Source: Deltaproteobacteria bacterium (GTDB lineage Bacteria > Desulfobacterota > Desulfobaccia > Desulfobaccales > 0-14-0-80-60-11). Taken from it: 62,074 nt of DNA. The position numbers and the translations under genes are program-made. Below, one piece after another: positions 49,539 to 58,776 of the stretch. Each line of letters starts with the position of its first letter. The first letter of the stretch is position 1. The notes beneath the pieces were generated by a model that searched no databases, was not told the DNA's origin, and saw only the letters and a list, made by a program, of their open reading frames with translations. The stretch is from positions 1-62,074 of the forward strand of contig VGSW01000001.1 in assembly GCA_016874915.1 (NCBI GenBank), in the 5' to 3' direction.

Positions 49539-49754
49539 ATGGCATACATTGACAAAGACGATTTTTTCCCCATCTGGTGGCCTGAACCCCTCCCCGACGA
49601 CTTTTTTTCCGGCGTCTCCGTTGAGGTCCTGGGCCAATTGCGGGAGGCGGTAGCCGAAACCCTGGAGGAAGAATCCTTCGGCTTCATCTTCCAGGGCTGG
49701 TTCGGACCCTTCCTGTTAGGCCCTTCCACCCGCTTGCTGAGAGGCCGCTGCTAA
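49539..49754 (+). CDS. small acidic hypothetical protein (71 aa)
   Basis: ORF only. Confidence 0.3.
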   Translation: MAYIDKDDFFPIWWPEPLPDDFFSGVSVEVLGQLREAVAETLEEESFGFIFQGWFGPFLLGPSTRLLRGRC

Positions 49755-49923
49755 ACTGTTGTTTTCGGTTTTCGGTAAAAAGATTTCCACCTTCTAGTTT
49801 GTCTGCTCATGTGATCCGTCGCTCCCATTTCCAGCCAGATTTTTCCCCCTCCCGCCCGGAATAATGATAATATGAGGGCCGGTATCAAGCCGGTTATACT
49901 TCAAACCACTTTTGTTCAAAGAT

Positions 49924-50547
49924 ATGGACATTATCGCCCTGGAGCAGCACAGCGCCGCACAACTGGTGGATAAACTTCGCCGGGTGCCCCTGCTGGAGCA
50001 GCCGGATGTTTTCGTTTATGAACATGCCCTGATCACCCTGGAGCGGATTCATACCGACTATCTTAATCCGGCCCAAAACTATATCTGGCTCCAGGAGCTA
50101 CGCAAGACCCAGGAACTGCACTGGAGTCTGGCAGCCTTGGGAGTGGACCTCTTCCGCCTGGACGGCTACGTCACTTATACGGTGCGCCAGGCCGACGGCT
50201 CCGAGGCGACCTATGACCTCTATCCCCCCATCGTGGAGGAGTCCGTGGAAGCCGACGGCACTCTAACCGCGGTGATCAATGACGGCATGCATCGGGTCTA
50301 TCTGGCCCGCCTGGAGTGGATCATTCCCCAGGTGGTCTATATCCGCGGGGTCCCCAAGGCTTTCCCCTATTACGCCTTTCCCCGCCCGGAGGGCTGGGAG
50401 GGGCTGGACCTCCTGGCGGAAAACCCCAATCCTCAGACTTACTTGAAAAAATGCCACCGGCAGCGGGAGAATAAAAAACTCTTTCGTGACTTCCAGGCGG
50501 TCTTCCACAACGTGGGCCGTCCCCGCAGCCGGCTTTTGAAGAGTTAG
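49924..50547 (+). CDS. stand-alone ParB/sulfiredoxin-like nuclease-domain protein
   Basis: LNPAQNYIW..., PPIVEE...VINDGMHRVYLAR resembles the ParBc DGxHR core. Start ATG 49924 (or TTG 49912). Confidence 0.45.
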   Translation: MDIIALEQHSAAQLVDKLRRVPLLEQPDVFVYEHALITLERIHTDYLNPAQNYIWLQELRKTQELHWSLAALGVDLFRLDGYVTYTVRQADGSEATYDLYPPIVEESVEADGTLTAVINDGMHRVYLARLEWIIPQVVYIRGVPKAFPYYAFPRPEGWEGLDLLAENPNPQTYLKKCHRQRENKKLFRDFQAVFHNVGRPRSRLLKS

Positions 50548-50627
50548 CCGTGAGCAGTAAGCAGTGAGCAGTGGAGTTTATCCTCCGCCAATAACTAACT
50601 GCTAACTGCTCACTGCTCACTGCTAAC
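50543..50627. repeat. palindromic element, family GTGAGCAGTGAGCAG
   Basis: gttagccgtgagcagtaagcagtgagcagtg ... taactaactgctaactgctcactgctcactgctaac. Contains the stop codon of the ParB-like gene. Confidence 0.85.
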
Positions 50628-50645
50628 TGTGAACGGAGTGAACTT

Positions 50646-51536
50646 ATGAGCCTCTTCCTCCTTGGAATCCTCGTCGCCCTGGCCCTCATCGTTTTTGGCG
50701 GGCAGATCGGGCAGTTGCAGCTTCGCCCGCAAATCCGTTATGCCCTGGCCGCCCTGGTGTTGGCCGGCACCCTGATTTTTTCCATGGTCCGGGTGGTTCC
50801 CCCGGGCCACGTGGGTGTCCTGGTGCTGTTGGGGAAGGTTTACGGCAGCATCGGCGAAGGCGTGCACCTTATCAATCCCGTGGCCAACATGGAACTCTTG
50901 AGCGTGCGCACCCGGGAAATCTTCGAACACGCCGAAACCCCCTCCCGGGAAGGGCTGATTATGGTAATCGAAGTCACCTGCCTCTACCGTCTGGACGCCC
51001 AGGCCGCGGCCCAGGTGTACCGCCAAATCGGGCCCAATTACGAGGCGGTGGTGGTAAAGCCTCAATTCCGTTCAGCCATCCGGGCGGTCACCGCCAGGCA
51101 TGAAGCCAAGGACCTTTACACCTCCAGCCGGGAAATGATTTCCCAGGAGATGTCCAAAGACCTGGCCGAAGAGCTGCGCCAACGCGGCATGGTGCTGGAA
51201 AATATCCTGTTGCGCAATATCCAACTGCCCAAGGCTGTGGTGGAGGCTATCAACGCCAAACTGGCCGCGGACCAGGAAGCCCAGCGCATGCGCTTCGTCC
51301 TGGAAAAGGAAAAGCAGGAGGCGGACCGCAAGCGCATCGAAGCCCAGGGCATCCAGGACTTCCAGAAGATCGTGTCCCAGGGCCTCAGCGAGCAGCTCCT
51401 GCGCTGGAAGGGCATTGAGGCCACCCGGTCTTTGGCCGAATCCAACAACAGCAAGATGGTCATCATCGGCGGCCGGGACGGCCTGCCCTTGATTCTCAAT
51501 ACCGGGCCGGAGGCTCCGGGCCGGAAAAGTGATTGA
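50646..51536 (+). CDS. SPFH/band-7 (prohibitin/HflC-like) membrane protein
   Basis: N-terminal TM, SPFH core (VPPGHVGVLVLLGKV...), coiled-coil EAQRMRFVLEKEKQEADRKRIEAQG. Confidence 0.85.
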   Translation: MSLFLLGILVALALIVFGGQIGQLQLRPQIRYALAALVLAGTLIFSMVRVVPPGHVGVLVLLGKVYGSIGEGVHLINPVANMELLSVRTREIFEHAETPSREGLIMVIEVTCLYRLDAQAAAQVYRQIGPNYEAVVVKPQFRSAIRAVTARHEAKDLYTSSREMISQEMSKDLAEELRQRGMVLENILLRNIQLPKAVVEAINAKLAADQEAQRMRFVLEKEKQEADRKRIEAQGIQDFQKIVSQGLSEQLLRWKGIEATRSLAESNNSKMVIIGGRDGLPLILNTGPEAPGRKSD

Positions 51537-51568
51537 CAATTTTCAGATAAGGGAAATATTTTGAATTT

Positions 51569-52036
51569 ATGAAAGGTGAAATCCGCGGGTCCTTTTGGCT
51601 GTGGGTCTCCTTCGTGACCTGGGTGGTGTTGGCGGGGACCGCGCCGGCGGGGGCGGAAGTCCGGGAGGCCAACGCCGGCCGGGGCGGGGAAACCCTGGAC
51701 CTCAACTCCCTGGCGGCCCCGGGACGGATCACCATGGTGGAGTTTTACAGTCCCTACTGCCCGCCGTGCCTCAGCCTGGCGCCGCTGCTGGAGCAACTGG
51801 CCGCCAGACGCTCCGACCTTTCTATCCGGAAGGTCAACATTAACCGTCCCGAGATCAAGGGCATCGACTGGAAGTCCCCCTTGGTGCGCCAATACAGCAT
51901 CCGTTCGGTGCCGTATTTCGTGATCTTTGACCCCAAGGGAAAAGTCGCGGCCCATGGCAAAGCCGCAACCCGGCAACTGGAGGACTGGCTTACGGAAGCC
52001 AGACTTTTAAACATGGGGGAAAAGGGGAAAAAGTAA
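51569..52036 (+). CDS. secreted thioredoxin-like protein
   Basis: Signal peptide. MVEFYSPYCPPCLSL (CPPC). Confidence 0.75.
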   Translation: MKGEIRGSFWLWVSFVTWVVLAGTAPAGAEVREANAGRGGETLDLNSLAAPGRITMVEFYSPYCPPCLSLAPLLEQLAARRSDLSIRKVNINRPEIKGIDWKSPLVRQYSIRSVPYFVIFDPKGKVAAHGKAATRQLEDWLTEARLLNMGEKGKK

Positions 52037-52138
52037 CCAATAATCAGTAAGTAATCAGTAATCAGTAATCAGTAATCAGTGATCAGTGATCAGTCGATTT
52101 CCAATTGGTTACTGGTCACTGATTACTGGTCACTGATT
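52036..52138. repeat. palindromic element whose left arm is an (AATCAGT)n heptamer array
   Basis: Six contiguous heptamers at 52053-52094, plus one at 52042. Right arm actggtcactgattactggtcactgatt. Confidence 0.88.
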
Positions 52139-52147
52139 AAAGGAGTA

Positions 52148-52564
52148 ATGGGCATGGGCAAAATTAGTTGGCACCTTTTACTCTTGGTCGCGGCGATAAT
52201 GGGTTTGGTTTTAAGTTGCGGTCTGCCTTCCGGCGCCGCGGCGCCTCCCCTTACCGCGGCCGCGGCCCAGCAGACCATAGACAATTGGAATCCCCAGTAT
52301 TGTAAGGTCGCGGAATTTTATGGCTTTTACAAGTCCGAGGCCGGCCCGGAGCAGGTGGCCTACGTCTTGATGGCCAACCCCAGCGACCGGGCCCAGAAAC
52401 CCGCGGTCTATGCCGCCCGTTTTCAACTCCTTACCTCAAAGGACGGCCAGCAACGCTGGTTTTTGACCAGCCTGGTGACCCACGGCTCGGGCCTGACCCG
52501 CCGCCAGGGCTGGGATAATCTCATCATTCCGGTTAAGGAGGGAGGGGCCTCCTCTTCCCGGTAA
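52148..52564 (+). CDS. hypothetical lipoprotein
   Basis: ORF 52079.. trimmed to MGMGKISWHLLLLVAAIMGLVLSC (lipobox). Upstream codons are a heptamer repeat. Confidence 0.5.
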   Translation: MGMGKISWHLLLLVAAIMGLVLSCGLPSGAAAPPLTAAAAQQTIDNWNPQYCKVAEFYGFYKSEAGPEQVAYVLMANPSDRAQKPAVYAARFQLLTSKDGQQRWFLTSLVTHGSGLTRRQGWDNLIIPVKEGGASSSR

Positions 52565-52571
52565 TCCTCTC

Positions 52572-54200
52572 TTGGACGCCGGACCCCATCCACCGCATCC
52601 GGAGTCGTCCGCCGCGGCTTCCCTGGCGGCTTTGCAGGAATCTTACTTTTCCCTTCTGGCCCGGGGATTTTCCACCCTGTGCCTCCATGACGAATTCACT
52701 TTCTTCCCCCGGGTCCAAAAAGCCTGGGATTACTGGTTTCAGCCGCCCTGCCTGGAAGGGTCTTTTGTGGCCGGGGTCGCGGCCCGGCTGGGGGATTTGC
52801 TCTCCCCCCTGGAAGGCCTTCCTCCCCTGCCAGAGGGTTCTCAGGAAGAAGCTGACGCGGTCCTGCTGCGCCAGTCACTGCGAAGCGTCATCCGGGAACT
52901 AGGCCCCGGCGGTCCCTGGGAGACGGACCTCTTTTTCTACCTGAAGACCGCGTCCCTGGCCTTAGCCCCCTTGCTCGCCCGCCCCGACCGCCTGGATTGG
53001 CAAAACCGGGAAAAGCTGGGGGAGCTGTTAGCCGGAGTGGCCAGGCTGTTTAAATGGGGGGCCGGGCAGGTGGGCCATCTCAGCCAGCCTGCCCGCGTCC
53101 TCGGGAAAGGCGTGTTTGGCGACGCCCGCCGTTTTTTCCACCAGGCGCTGCCGGGGTTTCTGGAGGAGCACTTTCCTAAACGCGCCTGGCGGGTCCCCTT
53201 GCAGGAGATCCACCGCAGCCTGGAGCATTTCTGCGAAAAGTCGCTCCTTCTTCCCGTGACGCCTTTTGCCCGGGGTGAGGCGGGATTGACCGGGATTCTC
53301 GCAGCCAGTTGGGGCTGGCCCCATGACCTGGATACCGCCGCGGCCCTGCTGGAAGAAGAAATTCGGGAAAGCCGGGCGGCCTTGGATCATTATGCTTCCC
53401 AGGTCGCCCCCGGTTCCGCCTGGCCGGAGGCCCTGGCGCGGCTTAAGCCCGCCGGCCCGGTGGACATCCTAAGACTGTACCGGGAGGAAGTGGTCCGCGT
53501 ATGGCGGTTCTGGCAAGGCTCCGGGATGTTGCCCCCCCTTAAAGGCCGGGTCATGGTAGCCGAGACTCCCGTTTACCTCCGGAGCCTCAGGTCTTCGGCC
53601 TCCTATGCCGCGCCCGGGGGGCCGCCGGAAGAAGCGCCGGGTTATTTTTACGTTACCCCCGAAATCGAGGACGCGAGCCACCACTTCCGCCACCATCGTT
53701 TTTTGAGCGCCCATGAAACGGTGCCCGGGCACCATCTTCTGGACACCCTGCGCCTGTCCCTGGCCGCGCCGATCCCTCGTCAATACGAGTCTCCCCTGTT
53801 TTATGAAGGCTGGGCCTGCTATGGGGAAACCTTGTGCTTAAGTGAGGGGTATCTAAACTCCCCCGGAGATTACCTGGTGGGCTGGCAGCGCCGCCTTTGG
53901 CGCGCTTTAAGGGGCTGGGCGGACCTGGAGCTGCAGCGGGGCCGCTGGAGCCTGGAGGAAACCCGGGCTGCCCTAAGCCTGGCTGCCTATCCCGAACCCA
54001 CCGTCCGCCTCCAGGCTCTGCACCTGGCCCTCAACCCCGGCTATCAGCTTTGCTACACCCTGGGCCTCAAAGAAATGCTGCGCCTCCGGGAAGGCTTCGC
54101 CCCGGCCCTGGGCCTGGCGCGCTTTCATGACCTGGTGCTCTTGGGCGGCCAACTGCCTTTTTCATTAATAGAAAAACGATTGCAGGCCGCCACGGGATAA
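52572..54200 (+). CDS. DUF885-like putative metallopeptidase-fold protein
   Basis: 542 aa with HETVPGHHLLD (HExxPGHH signature of DUF885). TTG start. Confidence 0.55.
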   Translation: MDAGPHPPHPESSAAASLAALQESYFSLLARGFSTLCLHDEFTFFPRVQKAWDYWFQPPCLEGSFVAGVAARLGDLLSPLEGLPPLPEGSQEEADAVLLRQSLRSVIRELGPGGPWETDLFFYLKTASLALAPLLARPDRLDWQNREKLGELLAGVARLFKWGAGQVGHLSQPARVLGKGVFGDARRFFHQALPGFLEEHFPKRAWRVPLQEIHRSLEHFCEKSLLLPVTPFARGEAGLTGILAASWGWPHDLDTAAALLEEEIRESRAALDHYASQVAPGSAWPEALARLKPAGPVDILRLYREEVVRVWRFWQGSGMLPPLKGRVMVAETPVYLRSLRSSASYAAPGGPPEEAPGYFYVTPEIEDASHHFRHHRFLSAHETVPGHHLLDTLRLSLAAPIPRQYESPLFYEGWACYGETLCLSEGYLNSPGDYLVGWQRRLWRALRGWADLELQRGRWSLEETRAALSLAAYPEPTVRLQALHLALNPGYQLCYTLGLKEMLRLREGFAPALGLARFHDLVLLGGQLPFSLIEKRLQAATG

Positions 54201-54273
54201 GTTAGATAGTGAGCAGTGAGCAGTTGGCTGTTAGCAGTTAGTAGCTAAAACTCAAAACTCGAAACTCAAAACC
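54201..54273. repeat. GTGAGCAG block followed by AAAACTC heptamer block
   Basis: gttagatagtgagcagtgagcagttggctgttagcagttagtagct + aaaactcaaaactcgaaactcaaaacc. Confidence 0.8.
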
Positions 54274-54275
54274 CC

Positions 54276-55679
54276 ATGACCGACCAAGACCTCGAAAAAC
54301 AAATCCCCGGTTTTCACTGCGAATGGAACCTGGGCAGCCCCGGCGGCTGGTACTACCAGGAAATGGCCCAGGAGCTGGGAGCGCTGGCCTGGAGCCGCTT
54401 AAAGCCGCATCTTAAGCTTCCCTATGACCTGGATTATCAAGCTCCCCTCTTTCACCCGGCAGGCCAATTTGCGGGGATGCTCCTGCGGGCCCACCTGCAG
54501 CGCCACGGCCCCAGCCCGCCCTTTATGGTGCTCCTGGCGGAGATCGAGACCCTGGATTCAGTCGTCGAAAACCGCCGCATGGTGGATTTTCTCAATTCCC
54601 TGCAAGGGGTGGAGGCAGCTCTGGCCGCGCCGGAGCACCTGGAGCTGAGCCGGGGCCGGGTGACGCTCCAGGGCCGGCCCGTAAGCCTGTTTTATGTGGA
54701 CTTCAACAACGACACTCTGCTCAAGATGGGCCGGAACATTGACATTTCTCCGGTTATTGAAGCCATTCGCCAGGGCCTGGTGGTCAACCCCCGGGGCATG
54801 GAGCCGGTGGGGGTCAAGGGAGTATTTGAAGCTATAACCGGGCGATTTCAACATCTCTTAAGCGAGAGTACGGCGCGCCGCACCCCCTGGACCCGGGTTT
54901 TTTATCCCCGGTGCACCACGGGGCCTAAAGGAGAGGAGATCGCCGATCTCATTGAGTGGACCCGGCGGAACTTTTCCTGCCTCATCCTCAAGCCCTCCCA
55001 GGGGTATTCCGGAATAGGGATTTTTCCGGGCCCCCAAATCCCGGACCCCGACGCCGCCATCCAGGAAGCCCTGGCTAAAGGCGGATATATCGTGCAGTCC
55101 ATGGTGCCTGTGGAAACCTGGCAGGAATGCTATCCCCTGCCGGAACCCGGCGGCGGCGGAGTATGCATTGAGGTGCGCCAGACCGATTTCCGCTGCTTCA
55201 TCACCGACGCCGGGGTAATCGGTTTTTTAGGGCGTTTCGGGGGCATTCCCACCAACGTCGGCTCCGGCGGCGGCACCCAATCCCTGGCGTTGATCAAAGA
55301 CGACGTGGGCCTCCAGGGGGCCGACGACTTTTTCAACCGGGCCTTGGAAGACCTGCCTTACCACATCTATGAAGAGGTTCGTGAAGAAGTGGAGCAGCGC
55401 TCTTTGGACCTGGGTTTCACCTATCTGCTGGGTCCCATCCCCACCAGTCTCAAACCCCGGATGCTTAAAGAGGCTCACCTCCGGGGTCTGGCCCACTATG
55501 CCCGGAACCTGTGGCAGGATGCCCTGGCCCTGGAGAAGCTGTGGCGGGAAGGAAAGCTGGATGACGTGGCCCCCATCACCCCGGAGGAGGGGGAACTGGC
55601 CCTGGCCGCGCCCTGGGAAGGCCGCCCGGCCTTGATGGTGTCCGATGGGTTGTATAACTTTCGGGGAGCAGGGTTTTAA
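54276..55679 (+). CDS. ATP-grasp-like enzyme (glutathionylspermidine-synthase-like fold?)
   Basis: 467 aa. ILKPSQGYSGIGIF, DFRCFI, GRFGGIPTNVGSGGG patterns. Weak call. Confidence 0.4.
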   Translation: MTDQDLEKQIPGFHCEWNLGSPGGWYYQEMAQELGALAWSRLKPHLKLPYDLDYQAPLFHPAGQFAGMLLRAHLQRHGPSPPFMVLLAEIETLDSVVENRRMVDFLNSLQGVEAALAAPEHLELSRGRVTLQGRPVSLFYVDFNNDTLLKMGRNIDISPVIEAIRQGLVVNPRGMEPVGVKGVFEAITGRFQHLLSESTARRTPWTRVFYPRCTTGPKGEEIADLIEWTRRNFSCLILKPSQGYSGIGIFPGPQIPDPDAAIQEALAKGGYIVQSMVPVETWQECYPLPEPGGGGVCIEVRQTDFRCFITDAGVIGFLGRFGGIPTNVGSGGGTQSLALIKDDVGLQGADDFFNRALEDLPYHIYEEVREEVEQRSLDLGFTYLLGPIPTSLKPRMLKEAHLRGLAHYARNLWQDALALEKLWREGKLDDVAPITPEEGELALAAPWEGRPALMVSDGLYNFRGAGF

Positions 55680-55680
55680 A

Positions 55681-55758
55681 GTCAGGTTTCAGGTTTCAGG
55701 TTTTAGGTTTTAGGTTTTACTGACCACTGACCACTGGCCACTGATCACTGACCACTGG
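55681..55758. repeat. GGTTTCA/GGTTTTA heptamer block followed by CTGACCA/CTGATCA block
   Basis: gtcaggtttcaggtttcaggttttaggttttaggtttta + ctgaccactgaccactggccactgatcactgaccactgg. Confidence 0.85.
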
Positions 55759-55767
55759 CAACAAGAC

Positions 55768-56553
55768 ATGTCCGACCCCACCCCCCCTAAGGTTCCCCCC
55801 GACTGGTGGCAGAGCCTCTTTGACGAGGTGTACCTCCAGACCGACGCCCGCACCGTTCAGGACGGGGACCTGACCCGGCGGGAAGTGGACGGCCTCATCC
55901 AGGCCCTGAAACTCGAGCCTCACGAGACCATCCTGGATTTGTGCGGCGGCCACGGCCGCCACGCCCTGGAGTTGGCCCGCCGGGGATACCGCCGGGTGAC
56001 GGTCCTGGACTTTTCTTTTCCTCTCCTTACCTTGGGAAAGGCCCAGGCCCGGGAAAGCCGCCTGCCCGTGGCCTTCATCCGGGGCGACGCGGCTTGCGCC
56101 CCTTTGGCCGGGGACAGCTTCCAGGTGGTCATGATCCTGGCCAACTCCTTCGGATACGGGGCTGCGCCGGAGGACGATGTGGCAATTCTGCGGGAATGTC
56201 ATCGTGTCCTCCACCCCGGGGGCCGTCTCTTTCTGGAGGTGGCCGACCCTGATTATATCCGGCGTCAACTTTCAGCCCAGTCCTGGCATGAGGCGGGCGA
56301 CCTGGTGGTCTGCCGCCAACGCTGGCTTATGGAAGAGTATTTGTTCTGCCGGGAGCTGGTCCTGTCCCGGAGCGGGGGACTGGTGCGGGATCGGGGGTAC
56401 AAGGTGAGGCTTTACGCTGCGGCCAGGCTGGGGGACAGCCTGAAAAAAGCCGGCTTCACCCAGATTGAGGTGGCCGGCCAGCCGGACCTTTACGCCCGGG
56501 AGGGCGACTACGGCGCCCTCAACCGCCGCCTGGGGGCCACGGCCTGGAAGTGA
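55768..56553 (+). CDS. class I SAM-dependent methyltransferase
   Basis: Motif I ILDLCGGHGRHALELA; VLDFS; LHPGGRLFLE. Confidence 0.85.
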   Translation: MSDPTPPKVPPDWWQSLFDEVYLQTDARTVQDGDLTRREVDGLIQALKLEPHETILDLCGGHGRHALELARRGYRRVTVLDFSFPLLTLGKAQARESRLPVAFIRGDAACAPLAGDSFQVVMILANSFGYGAAPEDDVAILRECHRVLHPGGRLFLEVADPDYIRRQLSAQSWHEAGDLVVCRQRWLMEEYLFCRELVLSRSGGLVRDRGYKVRLYAAARLGDSLKKAGFTQIEVAGQPDLYAREGDYGALNRRLGATAWK

Positions 56554-56562
56554 AGAAAAGGA

Positions 56563-56632
56563 TTAACCACCAAGACACCGAGACACAAAGGTTCACCAAG
56601 GGAATCTCTGTGTCTTGGTGTCTCGTGGTTAA
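56563..56632. repeat. palindromic element, family TTAACCACCAAGACACCAAGACAC
   Basis: Between the convergent methyltransferase and hemerythrin genes. Followed by a T-run. Confidence 0.85.
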
Positions 56633-56657
56633 ATTTTTTCTGCCCCATGACGGAACG

Positions 56658-57368
56658 TTAAACTTTTGGAGTGTACTGGGCGATATCCGCGATCCCCAGC
56701 TCCTTTTCCAGGCCGGCCACTAGTTCCAGGATTTTCTCATATCCGCCTTTACCGAAACGGGCTTCTTCCTGAGCCTGCCATTTCTTGCCCAGTGCGATAA
56801 ATTCCTGGGGCGACGTCACGAGGCGCAAGACGGGAAACAGCCCCGCATCTTCCCGAGCCGTATGGGGGCGGTACATCCGGGCAAAGAGGTGGAGATACGC
56901 TCCCACCTGGACCCTCCCGGCCAGCCTTCCCAGTCCCTCGGGGGTGCCCTGGCCTTTGACCAGGCCCAGCACCTGCCGGCCGGCTTGGTGCTGCTCCCTA
57001 AGGACCTTCACCAGGCTTGCAAATGCCTCGACTTTTTCCAGATGAGGGAAGAGGAGCTCCTCTTCCAGCTTTTCGTGATGATCCTGGACAAAGCTCCGGC
57101 CCAACTCCAGGGAGGCGGTGAGGACCCCGGGCGGCACGTCCCGGTCGTACTTCAACCGCCCTGCCATTTCTTCAAACGCCAGGAGCAGGCGCTGAAGCAC
57201 CCCGTGATCCCGCATTACCTTCTCCGGCGGCAGCACCGGGACTTTATCTTCCTTTGGGCCGCAGCCCAGAATGCCGGCGGATCCCGCCAGGGCCGCGGCC
57301 CCCAGCAGGGCGCTTCCGCGGACCAGAAAATCTCGGCGGGAGTTTCTGACATGGGTAAGGTTTTCCAT
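56658..57368 (-). CDS. Tat-signal lipoprotein with hemerythrin-like (HHE) domain
   Basis: SRRDFLV twin-Arg motif, ILGC lipobox, DHGVLQRLL...HHEKLEEELLFPHLE. Confidence 0.68.
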   Translation of the reverse strand: MENLTHVRNSRRDFLVRGSALLGAAALAGSAGILGCGPKEDKVPVLPPEKVMRDHGVLQRLLLAFEEMAGRLKYDRDVPPGVLTASLELGRSFVQDHHEKLEEELLFPHLEKVEAFASLVKVLREQHQAGRQVLGLVKGQGTPEGLGRLAGRVQVGAYLHLFARMYRPHTAREDAGLFPVLRLVTSPQEFIALGKKWQAQEEARFGKGGYEKILELVAGLEKELGIADIAQYTPKV

Positions 57369-57503
57369 TATTCGGTTTCCCTCCCCCCTCTAAAACCAGT
57401 TTCCGGTTTTCGGCTAAAACCTAAACCTTGAACTTTGAACCTTGAACTTAAATTTTAGCCCCAGACCCCTACTCCCTATCTATTCCCTACTCCTATTCCC
57501 TAA

Positions 57504-57535
57504 ATAAAAAAGCCCTCAAAAGGGGCTTTGAGGGC
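57504..57535 (-). terminator. rho-independent terminator after the 57602..57937 gene
   Basis: Minus strand reads GCCCTCAAAgcccctTTTGAGGGC followed by TTTTTTATTT. Confidence 0.7.
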
Positions 57536-57601
57536 TCTTTACCAGAATTGAACCGTGTTACCGTCCCGCAGGGATTCCTTCAGGCAGCAAAAATTGCCGG
57601 T

Positions 57602-57937
57602 TTACTGGATTTCCGGGGAAACCGGCAAAGGTGTGAGGACCGGGGCCAACTTCTCATACTTCATGCCGAAAGCCCGGGCCTCAAATGCCTTGGGATTAAA
57701 AGCCTTGGTCAGCTCCACCTCTTCCGGGGTCAGGATACGAACGATGCCGAACTGATCCACGATGGCAAACCGTTCACCCTTGGCCAGGCAAGAGGCCACC
57801 GTTTCCTCCCCCTTGAGTTCCTTTTTGGAGACGCACAGCAGCTTGGCGCCCCCCTTGGCTTGCCCCAGGGCGATGGAAGAGACGAAAAAGACTGCGGCCA
57901 GCGCCACGATCAACCCTACCACCAGTTTAGAACGCAT
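57602..57937 (-). CDS. small secreted hypothetical protein
   Basis: 111 aa. Signal peptide. GAGGAGGAAGGAG RBS upstream. Followed by a strong terminator. Confidence 0.55.
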   Translation of the reverse strand: MRSKLVVGLIVALAAVFFVSSIALGQAKGGAKLLCVSKKELKGEETVASCLAKGERFAIVDQFGIVRILTPEEVELTKAFNPKAFEARAFGMKYEKLAPVLTPLPVSPEIQ

Positions 57938-58152
57938 ACTCCTTCCTCCTCTTAATGGTAGATACCCGGCTTCCCCCCCGTCGAGTGAACGAGTAAAAGC
58001 CGCCCAAACTCCTTTCTGCCGCTATAATATAGTTCGGCGCCAAGGAAAGTCAACTTAATTATTTTAGGCCCCTAAAAAATTCCTTTATTTAAAGAAATAA
58101 GGAGCCTGTAATTGGGGACGGTTTACCTGAGGAACGCCCGTAGTAAATCAGC

Positions 58153-58378
58153 TTATGATTGTTTAAGTGGTTTTGGGTACACATATCTTTTGGTCCATTG
58201 AAAAGGCGCGGCCTTGGGGTTATATGACTCGGTAAGATTATCAATGGCTTCACGGACTTGGTGCGGATGGGTGAAGTTTCCTCCCTGCAAAGCGCCTCGT
58301 TCCAAGATGCTGAACCAGATCTCGCATTGGTTCAGCCAGGAGGCATAGGTGGGGGTATAGTGAAAATGGACCTTGGGG
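58153..58378 (-). pseudogene. C-terminal fragment of an IS630-family DDE transposase
   Basis: Own translation: PKVHFHYTPTYASWLNQCEIWFSILERGALQGGNFTHPHQVREAIDNLTESYNPKAAPFQWTKRYVYPKPLKQS*. Typical IS630 C-terminus including the catalytic E (NQCE). The N-terminal ~270 codons are missing, replaced by a repeat. Confidence 0.78.
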
Positions 58379-58640
58379 CAGGGTGGACATAACCCGATGA
58401 AAAATGTCCATCTTGTCCACCTTGGGAGGGGGCGAAAAAAAGCTGGTTTTTGTCCATCTTGTTCATCTTGGGAGAGCTACATAAAACTTAATCGGTTCAA
58501 CCGACAAAAAATTAGTTTTTTCACCCTCGGCCCCACCTGATCATCGGCACCTTTTGCGTCTTCGTGCCGGAAGAGCTGGTGCTGGCCGCGGATGCCGTCT
58601 GTGTGGGCCTTTGCGCCGATCTGGAGGCTATTAAAATATC

Positions 58641-58776
58641 TATCAGGCTGTTAAAAAACCTTTTTTTTCGTCATCCTGAGCGAAGCGAAGGATCTCAACT
58701 ACATGAAAAGACGAGATTCTTCGCTTCGCTCCGAATGACAATGTTGATATTTTGCTAGTTTTTCAACAGCCTGATA
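58641..58776. repeat. palindromic element, same family; complete copy next to a half copy
   Basis: Outer tatcaggctgttaaaaaac / gtttttcaacagcctgata. Inner gtcatcctgagcgaagcgaag...cttcgcttcgctccgaatgac. A half copy at 58779-58835 matches the right half of the 10020 element. Confidence 0.85.

Noticed and set aside
52042-52094. CRISPR array (also considered for the TTTTCGG and GGTTAAAAGG blocks)
   Set aside because: The units are 7-10 nt and directly tandem with no spacers. No cas genes are present.
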